Shown here: positions 29,501 through 40,334 of the stretch, piece by piece
How positions within the stretch are numbered: the stretch's first letter is position 1
Layout of the letters: each line of letters starts with the position of its first letter
Assembly: GCA_016748015.1 (NCBI GenBank)
Contig: JAAOMT010000675.1
Coordinates: 496,001 to 560,000, forward strand
DNA length: 64,000 nt
Direction of reading: 5' to 3'
From: Geosiphon pyriformis uo1
Taxonomy: Eukaryota > Fungi > Glomeromycota
Made by a program: the position numbers and the translations under genes
The notes under the pieces: generated by a model
Told to the model about the DNA's origin: nothing
Seen by the model: only the letters and a program-made list of their open reading frames with translations
Databases searched by the model: none

Positions 29501-32500
29501 TTCTCGTATTTCTTCGGGTGTGGTGCCTTCAGCCTTGGTGCTTGCCATTCTTCAGATTTCATGGTCATTGTGTGGATAACTGTCTAGTCTGTTGAGTGCT
29601 TATTTTCAAGCGTCCTCGATGGGAGTTCTCTTTCATATTCAATCATTGATTAATATGATGTATTAACAAGCCTTGTTGCATGTTCCTCCTTTGCCAGGCA
29701 TATCATTCCAGTGTTCTTTATCTGGCAGAATTTTGTCACATGTGAGACATGGCGTGTGGTCCCACTTGTCTTGTCATTTTGGTCGTCCAAATTTTTCCAG
29801 TAAACAAAGCCTGCAATAGTATTTGGTGGCAGTGGGCCATTTTTCGTTGTCCCTGATACATGTGCCCATAGTAGATAGTTTTTTTCTACAATCAACACAT
29901 ATTAGTTTTGGGGGTTGGTAAAATAAGTTTCTTTGGTCCAAGATTACGTATTCTAGTGATGATGATTGGGGTTCTTCTTCGGCTCTGCCTTTTCTTTTTT
30001 CTTCCCAGGTTGGTGGTGGGGGTAGTTCAGTTTGATAATCATCCATCCATGAAACCTGATAGGTCTCGATGGTTGGTGGCATTGATGTGTCTTCGAATTC
30101 AATAAGAGGTTCCTCAGTATGTTGGTTTTTAAAGTGTCCGCACATAGCTGGGACTCAGACATGCTGTCCGTTGAATGTAAGTTGAAGTTCTTGGGTGTTC
30201 TAGTTGAGAGCAACATTGGCTTTTGACAACCAGTCGTTTCCTACTAAAGCTTAATATTGAGTAGTTTCCATGATGAGTACTTTGGTAGGGATTTGGATTC
30301 CATTAATCTTGAAGAGGAAGTTGTCAATTTCTCTTATTGGGGTTTTTGTGTTCCTATCTGCTGTAATGATCTGGGCAGTAGCAGCATGGTCTACTTAGTG
30401 ACCTAGTTGGTTCATGAGCTGCTTCGTAATTATGCTACTGGCTGATCCACTATTCAGGATTAATTTAATGTCTATTCCTTTGACTCTGGCATCGGTGTAT
30501 AGGACCATTATTGGTTTATCCTAATTGATGGCTGCTCTACTAAAAAGGCTATGTGTGTTCAAATTATCGATGTCAAAAGGAAATATGGTGGCTAGAGTGG
30601 TGTTTTCAGTAAAAGTGGCTGGTGGGATATTGCTTTTTGTTTGCTTGGAAGGTTGGGAGATTCGTTCTATATCCTCCTTTTCTACAGGTGTAGATTTATC
30701 AAAACCCTGGTCTTTCGTAAGACCGAGATAGGAAGCTTGATTCGGGTATCCAGTTGGTGTTGGTCGAGATTGGGCAGGACTGCGAGGGATTGGTCGAGAC
30801 AGTCCACTATTGGTTTGCACCTGATTGTTGTTGGGATTCCTCCATCCCTGATTATAGTCTATAGCTTGAGGTCTGGATGGGCTATAAGGGGAAGTTTGAT
30901 AGTGAGAGATTGCTTGTGTCATTGGTGGTGGTTGATAATAATTCTGGGGCAGTGGTTGAGTGTACAGGACTTGTTGTGCATATAGGGGTGGTTGATTCTG
31001 AGGTATGAAATATTGGGATATCATGTTTTGCTGATATCTGGGTTGCTGGTATGGGTTTCCTTGATTTTGGTCCATGATTTTCCTTCTGCAGTTACAGGTA
31101 ATGTGTCCAGGTTTCTGACAGTAGTAGCAGTTGTGGGGATTGGATCTCCAAGGTTGTTGTTGTTGCTGACGGTTCTGTTACTGTGGGTATCTGCTGTTGT
31201 TGTTATTTTCTCTCCATTGGGGTGGTTGGTAAGTTCCTGTAGTTCTGGCTAAGAATCCTTCAATTTTCTGAGTTAGTTTCTTATTCAATTGGGTTATCTT
31301 TGCATCGACACCAGAGGTTCTGTTAATGGCTAAATTAATGGCTTGGGTATGGTTCACTTCTTGTTCTGCAGACTCAAAATCGCAAGCAAGAATGATGGCG
31401 TCTTATAAACTGGTCGGATGGCGGGGTCTTACGGATCTTAGAATACTACTCCACAATTCTTTAATGAATTGATTAAAAACTTGCACCACAGTGTAGTAGT
31501 CCCTTTCGATAGCTAATATTTGATGCAGAATTTGATTGAATCATCTGAGATAAGTAGTTACTGCTTCATGATCTTTTTGTTTAATTATGCTGAATTGATT
31601 CTGCAATCGGATTAACGTATTGGGGTCACAGAAGTATTGCAGAAATGCGAGTTTAAACTCGGTAAAGAAGGTAGGCTTCTCTGCCAGGCTTTAGTATCAT
31701 GAATTGGCAGTTCCGGTCAGAAAGAATGGCAGTGTCTAAACTGTGCGGTTGTCATTCCAACTGTTAGTGGTAATTGCTTTCTTGGCATCCGCGATCCAAG
31801 AATATGCATTATCTTCTTCACCAGAGAATTTTTCTAATTTAGCGATATTCCAGTAAGCCATAATCTGGTTAATGGGTGGGGTGTTACTGGTTATGTTTAA
31901 AGAGATTGGTGTCCACGTATTCGAGTGTTTTCCGGGTGCTAATGCTGGTTGCTTTCCTTTGTCGCTTGAACCAATAGATTGTAAGATAGCTGTTTCTTCT
32001 GTCAGGAGAAATGCTAATTCTGCTAGGTTTTGTGCTGGTGGCTGTTCCCAAGTTGACAGGTTTCCTTCTGTTTGACCAGCTGCTGGGGTAAGATTTCCAA
32101 ACAGTGATCCATATTCTCCTAGTGATTTGGTCCAACTGTGTTGATTCCAAGGGTGTGAATTTCCAGGAGTTTGTGGTATTTCTGACTGGGTTTCCGGGGG
32201 TGGGTTGAATACAATTCTACTTTGGAGTGTCTGATAGTATGATAGAGTTATTGGGGAGAGGATCTTTGGTTTCTTGTTGACCATGGACTTGGCTTGAACA
32301 GTTACGGGGTTGTTGGATTCGTTTTCGTATTCCTTAGGGTTGGATTCTACTGGTTGTTGTACTTGAGAAAATCATTGTGTCATGTAATATTTAATGTTTG
32401 TATTGATTATGTGCAGAGTTTCAGCAATTGCTTGGGTAGTCGTGGCTGTTGAGTACCCTAGTAAGCTTTGATGGATTTGTTTTCCAAGTCTTCCTGTATT

Positions 32501-33814
32501 AGTTGCACAGCCTAACAAGCAGTCAATTTTTGCGTTGATATAGTTACAAAAATCACTTTCTGTATAAGCAGTTTCTACTGGTATTTCTAGGTCTTTTCAA
32601 AAGTATTGAAATAGTGCTTTTCTGTACGAGGAGTGGTCTTTTCCTATTGTTCCAATAGTCGCCACTTTTATGTATTTTTGGGGGTGTTCTGTCTCTGTGG
32701 ATTTATAACCTCACAGGGAGCACCAAATATTATGGGTAAACTTGGTGGGTATGGGAAATGGTAACGTTTGGTGCTCTCAATTATTAATGATGCATCTTCT
32801 GCATAATTCTGTTGGCTTAGTCTTGATTATTAGTCTCTGAAGATCTATTCCTGGATGTGAATTTTACCTGTTGAATTCTTTGGTTATAAGGCACAGAGTT
32901 TGTCTTTTGTTAATTGCAACATTTTTTGTAAATGTGAGCTTTCTTCTCTGAGCTAACGAGCATAGTCATTAGGGTCTAGCATTGTCTTCTCACTCTTCTG
33001 GTAAGCTAACAAGATAATGTTAATATCCAAAACTTAGGGGGAGCTTCCCTCTTTTACCAGGCTATTATAAGTCTATTCTCAAACAGTCGATTTTACTATA
33101 TTGCTACTTCACAAAAAAATAAGACAGAAAAAGAAAGAAAAAGAAAAAGAAAAGAAAAGAGAGAAAAGGTAAATTAGTATTGTCAATCGCTGTGATTAAG
33201 AGCGATTGATCCAAATCATTAATAGGTTCGAGGCAGTTATGCTAAGAGCATCTGTTCTAAAATAGAGGTACGAGACAAGGGTTAATTCACGTAAATTCCA
33301 CAAAGTTTGAGAACATGAATTCATGATTCTGATTTTTTTTAATAATTGGTTTATTTCAGGAAATGAAATAGGGAAAATAATAAAAAGTGAAGAGGTATGG
33401 ATATTTTAATTTCTGGTCTAGAGGTTCGTATCTATTTTTTCTTCTCTGTCTTTTCTCACTTCTACAACTACTTGCTTTTATACATTTTTTTGGTTTTACA
33501 GGATTGCTTTCAATTGTCTCACTATTGCTAGCTATTGCTTTGTTGTTTCTGTTATTGCTTCGTTTTTTTACGTTATCACTAGTTATCCTATGTTATAACA
33601 TGTTATCTGATGTTATTACATGTTATTCTGTGTTATCCTGCATTATAACACATTACCCTACATTATTGCACACTATTCTGTGTTATCTTGCATTATAACA
33701 CGTTATCCAACATTATAACACATTATCCAATGTTATTGCGTGTTATTCTGTGTTATGTCATATTTTGGTCATATTTCTTCATAATTTTGGATCGGTTTTT
33801 TTACTTGGGTAACA
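23576..33814 (-). mobile_element. Gypsy element B, full length and least decayed, nested in D with 4-bp TSD ACAT
   Basis: LTRs 32728-33814 (5') and 23576-24668 (3'). PBS tggtgctccctgtgagg; PPT aaaagaaagggataa; ACAT at 23572-23575 and 33815-33818. Motifs: RT VYLDD, RNase H DAS, dUTPase AHDTDAGFDL, and integrase HHCC/core. Confidence 0.95.
24683..25417 (-). pseudogene. Extra ORF3 of element B between integrase and PPT (245 codons, five in-frame stops)
   Basis: The frame MNLSDQILK...HYKAAYRLYAAF*HCPNVLL...VEAQF* is maintained for 735 nt. The stops are TGA/TAA/TAG, each reachable from a sense codon by C>T or G>A change. Homologous frames occur in A and D. Confidence 0.75.
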
Positions 33815-35058
33815 ACATACACTATTTTCAAATCCAAACATCATTCCTACTACTAAAAACTACCACCTTTTGGAAGAAAAACTCTCTCGAATCAACATGA
33901 GTCCCTTAGAATCTCAACAACAAAGACAATTAAAACAGCTAATAGCTGAATTTGCAGATATATTTGCAAAAAACAACAATGATCTTGGAAAAACTGATAT
34001 TGTCCAACATTAGATTCACACAGAAGATGCTTTACCAAAAAGACAACAAGCTTATCAAGTTTCATCTGCTAGCCACCAATTTATCAGAGAAAAGGTCCAA
34101 AAAATGCTCAATAATGAATTGATTCAACTATTAAGAAGTCCTTGAGCCTTACCAGTAGTTTTTGTCAAAAAAAAAACAGAAAAAACAGATTTTGTGTTGA
34201 CTATTGACAATTAAATAGTGTTACAATTAGAGATGCCTACTCTTTTCCAAGAATTGATGACATGTTAGATGCTTTAGGAAAAGCCAAGTTCTTCTCAACT
34301 TTAGACTTAGAAAGTGGATACTGGCAAGTTGAAATAGATCCAAAAAATCGATCCAAAACAGCATTTATCACTCAAGAAAAAAACTATGAGTTCAATATTA
34401 TGCCTTTTGGACTCTGTAATGCTCCAGCAACATTTCAACAACTCATGAATGTTGTATATGAAAGACTTTTATGGCAATCAGTAGTTGTCTATCTTAATGA
34501 CACTGATATATACTCACCAAGCTTTAAAGCCCATCTTATTTATCTGCGAAAAGTTTTTTAACAATTACAGAAAGCAGGATTAAAGTTAAACATTGAGAAA
34601 TGTTACTTTGGAAAAACAAGTTTAATCTTTCTTGGGCACATTGTTAGCAAAGATAGAATCAAACCAAATCCTGGAACAATCAGTGCTGTCAAAAACTTTA
34701 AAACCCCCAAAAATACCACAGAACTACAAGGATTTGTAGGATTAGCCTTCTACTATCAAAAATTCATAAAAGAATTCTCAGAAATTGCCAAACCACTCAA
34801 TTATCTTACCAACAAAAACATGCCATACCAATGAACTGAAAAACAACAAAAAGCTTTTGAAACTCTCAAGACAAAATTAACAACAGCCCCAGTTTTTGTT
34901 TATTCAGATTTCAACAAATAATTTTAACTAGCCACTGATGCTTTACATATAGCATTTGGTGCCATCTTATCACAATTAGATGAAAATGGCCAAGAACAAG
35001 TCATTGTCTATGCCAATAAAACACTCAAGCTAACAGAACTCAAATATGGCTCAACCAA

Positions 35059-35942
35059 TGTTATAGGTGATTATTTGGGATCTCAAATCAAATAATAAAC
35101 TCATAACTTGGTGCTCAATTGATATAATTAGTGTTAATATCTCTGAAGGTGTTGTTTTATCTGAAGGTTTGGTAGATCTGAAGGTTTTGTTGTAAAGCCC
35201 TTTGTATAATGAACAGAGATTTAATTGTTGTTTTTTCCATAGCCTTCCAGAATCACAATTCTGTCAAATTTTTTTCTCAGCATGGTGGCTGGTAATTTTG
35301 GCAGAAATGCCTTTCTAGTAAACTATTCTTAAATTTTCAATTCTGATACCTTTCCTTTGGAGTCTTTTATCAGGTTATTCTTGATGTCAATAATTTAGTG
35401 CTTAACTTTTTAATCAATTTAGTGAATAACAAAAGAAAAGAAAATAAAATAAAGAAAATAAAAGAAAATAAAGAAATAAAGAAAATAAAATAAGAAATAA
35501 GTATCCTGTCAATAGCTGTGATCAAGAGCTATTGTGCCAGCAGGTTAAGTAGTGGATAATAACATGAATTTATGGATAATAGATAATTTCATTAATATGG
35601 AAGTGATTTTTTTTCAAGTTATAGTATTCTATTTTTTGAAGGAAAAGTATTTAATCATTATGACCTGCGAGTCTAATTAACTTTGAGAGTCCTATTGATT
35701 CTTAGTCTTTTTAACTTTTTGTCTTCTTGACTAATTTTCTAACTTCTGATACTATTGCTATATATATATAATTTGAGTTCTATAAGATTGCTTATATTCT
35801 TGAGCAATATGCTATAATTTTTTGACAATGCTCCACATTGTTAAGCAATGTACTCACATGCTAAATACTATTCTCTTATTGGTCTATTTTTCCTATCTGT
35901 TTTTTTCTACTATTTTTTTGTATTCTTTTTCTATGAATAACA
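35059..35942 (-). mobile_element. Solo LTR E inserted in the RNase H domain of D, TSD CCAA
   Basis: TG...CA ends; CCAA at 35055-35058 and 35943-35946; removing it restores STKLKAATVIWAIKHF. Its U5 end is homologous to the LTRs of A, C, F and G. Confidence 0.92.
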
Positions 35943-36601
35943 CCAAATTAAAAGCTGCCACAGTTATTTGGGCTATTAAACATTTTCAACAATACCTGAA
36001 GAATAAAAAAAAATATGACATTATAACTGACAATATTAATCTCAAATGACTTAATAAAAAAAAACCGAACAAAGTGCCAAACAGTCTTAATGAAATGATT
36101 TTCTAGTAGACTACAAATATATTGTATATTACAAACCAAAAAAACTACACACTAATATTGATAGCCTCTCAAGAATAAGACAAAATTAATACTACCAACA
36201 ATTTTACTACAACTTATCACTACTAACAAAACAACAAAACAATAATAGATCCCAAAAATTACAACAATCTTAAAAACTATTTGGAGACTCTTACTATACT
36301 AGAAAATTAGCCTTCAAGTGAAAAACATCAATTACAATACCAATTCAAACAATATTTCATATACCACAACAAAATTTATTACAAAAATTGCAAAAATTCA
36401 AACCAACTACTCAGATTAGTACAGGAAAATAAAAAAGAAACAATTTTATATAACATACATACAGATCCTTCTTTAGCACACTTGGGAAGAAATAGAACAA
36501 TTCAAAGAACTCTTAAACATTACTTTTGGCCTCACATGCAAAAAAACATTCAACAATATGTAGAATCTTGTGATAGTTGTTAAAGAAGAGAAAGAACTCA
36601 C

Positions 36602-37418
36602 TGTTACAGGAGATTATTTGGGGTCTCAAATCAAATAACAAACCCATAACTTGGTGCTCAATGACTAATAAGATGGATTATGTCAGTAGTATTGGTATGT
36701 TGCTATTATCTGAAAGTTTTAGTTGAGTTTTTTGTATAATGAACAGAGATTCAATAGTTGTTTTCAGTAGCCTCCTAGAATTGTGATTTTGTCGAATTTT
36801 TTTCTCAGCATGATGATCAGTAATCCTCCTGGTAAGCCATCCTCAAATCTATGAGTGTTCTACCTTTGTTTCACAGGTTTTTTACCAGTTCCTATGATGT
36901 TTTTATCTTAGTGCTTTTAATTTTTTAATCAATTAGTAAAACAAAAAAACAACAAAACAAAACAAAACATAAAAAAAAATAAAAGAAAATAAGCCAAGGC
37001 AATAAATGTTAGTATTCTGTCAATAGCCATGATCAAAAGCTATTGTTCTAGTGTGGTTAAGTATCAATTGCTATCAACATAAAGTGTTGATAATGGAGAG
37101 CAGATTGCAATAATAAATAATTATTTATTGATATTTGTGTATGGAAAGGTTGCTTAGATTAAATCTAAACTGAGAGGTCTTTAACCAAAAGATTCTGCCT
37201 TTTTTTTTTCTAACACTACTGCTATATATACATAATTGAGATTTTTCAATTCCTCAATTTTTCACACCAGGAATTCTGTAATTCCTTGTATAAGAATCCT
37301 GAAATTTTTGGAATTCTGCAATTCCTCTGAGAAGAATCCTGGAATTTCACATTTACTATAGTTATTTCTGATTGGCTAATTTATGCTAATATATATTTCT
37401 TATATTCTATAAGTAACA
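36602..37418 (-). mobile_element. Solo LTR F inserted in the integrase of D
   Basis: Ends tgttacagg...aagtaaca; same family as the C and G LTRs (gaattcctg-type repeats). Flanks TCAC/TTGC are consistent with a mutated TCGC TSD. Confidence 0.9.
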
Positions 37419-39213
37419 TTGCCACACAGAACCTTTAAATTCAATCAAAGTTGAACAATCTTTTAATAGAGTTGGAATTGATTTAGTTAAATCATTACCT
37501 ATCACAACCTAAGGAAATTATTATATTGCAGTTGCAGTAAATTATCTCACCAAATGGTCTGAAGCTAGAGCCATCCAAAGAGCAGATGCAAAATCAGTAG
37601 CAAATTTCATCTATGAAGATATCATTTGTAGACATGGATATCCAATTGAACTCTTATCAGATTAAGGAACACATTTTGTGAACAATTCAAAGTCAAAAGA
37701 CTTTTATTATTATCTTATTACTCCCAAACAAATGGATTTGTAGAATAGTTCAACAGAACATTGTGTGAATTTTTAGCCAAAGTCTCAACAAATTTTAAGC
37801 AGGAATGAGATATTTTTATTTCATTAGTGTTACTAGCATACAAAACACTAAAACAAAATACTACAAACACACACTATTTGAGCTTACTTATGGAAGAACA
37901 GCAATATTACCAATTAATTTCACAGTGGAAACATATCTAGTGCAACCAATCAATGAAAAAAACTTCCAAGAAACACTTCAAAGAAAAGCTTATATTCTCT
38001 TTAGTACATTGAAAAAAAAGAGACACATAGTAGCCACTCATATTGAACACTCCCAAGCCCTACAAAAAGAAAGACATGACAACAAACTGCCACCAGTTAT
38101 CAACGAATTTAAAGTTAGAAATAAAGTTCTCTTACACAAAACTAAGGTTAAAAAACAATGGAGTGGAAAATTTGAACATAAATAGGATAAACCATTTTAT
38201 ATTCACGAAATTTTAGGCAATAGATCATACAAGTTAAGACTTAATGACAAAGTATTAGCAAAAGTTCTACATAAAAATAAATTGAAACACTATCATTCCA
38301 GAAACAATCTTAAACCATTAATTCTACAAGTTAGTACACATTCTCTTTTAGTTAATCCTGAAGATATTCCCCAAAATTTAAAACCAATAGTTATAATAAA
38401 ACAACAATCAAACTTAAATACTTAATTTAATATTTTTATAATAATTTCTTCTAAATACACAAACATAAAAACAAAAATAGTAAATAATTACAAAAAACAC
38501 TCAAACCCAAAAACAAATAAAAACTTTATATCGAAAAATAATTTTTTTATTCTTTTTTTTTATTAATTAATCAATTTTTATTATGATTATTTTCCGAAAT
38601 ATTCAACAAATATCCCAAAAATTAATGTTAGTCTTCAAAACACTTTCTGACTTATCCATAACAATTAATGAAAGTCAAATTAATTACATTTAGAAAAAAA
38701 CCACAGCCCCAGTAGTAAATAATTCTTAGAACTATTACCCCTATAGAAAGAAAACAAGAAGTTACTCTGAAAATAAGTTACCAGAACTTTTGAAGCAAAC
38801 ACTGAAAGAAAACCTTTTAATTGCTCCTATTAACATTCCACCAAATGTCACAATTCAACAAAAACTTTTACTATTTTTTAATAAACAGAACAATGAACAT
38901 ACTCTTATATATAGATATTTTCATATTGGAAAAACATTTTATGAATGAAAACTGGAACTTAAAACAACCAACATTATTCCTGAGGCTATACAAAAACAAA
39001 TTCACAATGAATTCAAGATAGCAGCTAGACCAATAAACACTCACTACAAACTTAGAGCAGCAATCAGACTCTATAATTTATTTAACACTTGTAAAAATGT
39101 CTTACAAAATTTAATACTCCATCCAATGAAGATTTAATATATTGGAAAGCTTACAGAACTGAAATTTTAACAATTTTCAGACCAGATCACTTCAATTATC
39201 TTGGACCACTATC

Positions 39214-40334
39214 TTGAATTAATTCATTGTAAAAAGTTTCTCTCACTGATTCAATATTCACAGATGTTCCCAACAGATAGACAATCCTTTTATTGACATA
39301 AAAATTGAAAGCTGATTCTGCTGATATGTGATTATGGGTTAATCTCAAATGTTGACAGTAATGTTGAAATAAGGATTTCGTGAATTCTAGATGGTTTGCT
39401 CCAACGTTTTCTGATTCTGCCACTTTTGGATGGGGTTGTTGGTGCTGGTTCTCTGTAGGATTATACTTCACAGGGAGCACCAAATGTTACAAGTAATTCT
39501 TTGGGGTGTTGAATCAAATAACAAACCTGTAACTTGGTGCTAAAAGTTATTTACGTTGATGTTATTAATCTGAAGGTTTTGTATCTGAAGGTTTTGAGTT
39601 GAGTTCTTTGTATAATGAATAGAGATTCAATAGTTGTATTATCCGTAGCTTCCCAGAATCGCAATTTTGTCAATTCTTCTCTTGGCGTGATGGCCAGCAA
39701 TCCTCTGATAAGTATTCCATATCTTCTGTACATGTTCTATCCTCTTGCAGAAGTTTTTTAGCAGGCAATCCTTGACATCAGTAATCTAGCACTTTATTCA
39801 ACTAATTAGTGCACAACAATAAAATCAAAATAAAATAAAATAAAGAAAAGAAATAAAAGAAAATCATGAATAAGCCAAGACAATTTTGCAAGTCAGTATT
39901 CCATCAATAGCCATGATCAAAAGCTATTGTTTCAGTGTGTTTAAGTATCAATTACTATCAACATGGAGTGTTGATAGTAGAATTAGGTTTGAGATACCAA
40001 ATAGTTATTTATTATGTTTGGAAGGTTGTCTAGATGAAATCTAAACTTGGAGGTCTGTCTTTTTAGCTTCTAATACTATTGCTATATATACATAATTGAG
40101 ATTCCTCAATTCCTCAATTCTTCACAACAAGAATCCTGGAATTTCTGGAATCCTGCAATTCTTTTGAGAGAAATCCTGGAATTTTGGAATCTTGTGATTC
40201 CTCATAAGAATCCTGTAATTCCTAGAATCCTGCAATTCCTGAGAGAAATTCTGGAATTCCACATTTTACTACATCTACTTCTGATTGGCTAATAACTATG
40301 CTAATATATATTTTCTATATTTCTATGAATAATA
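39214..40334 (-). mobile_element. Truncated Gypsy element G (5' LTR 39485-40334, intact PBS, first ~90 codons of gag)
   Basis: PBS reads ttcacagggagcacca on +. The gag start KVAESENVGANHLEFTKSLFQHYCQH matches A and C; the LTR is homologous to C and F. Confidence 0.88.

Larger units (their letters stand above)
18435..39213 (+). mobile_element. Gypsy element D (5' LTR 18435-19406; body in four pieces: 19407-23575, 33815-35058, 35943-36601, 37419-~39213; 3' LTR lost)
   Basis: PBS tttggtgctttcc follows the LTR. Gag, protease, Cys-rich region, dUTPase (about 22815-23215), RT (FSTLDLESGYWQ, MPFGLCNAPATFQ), RNase H and integrase are present, and the reading frame rejoins when B, E and F are removed. 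Confidence 0.9.
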
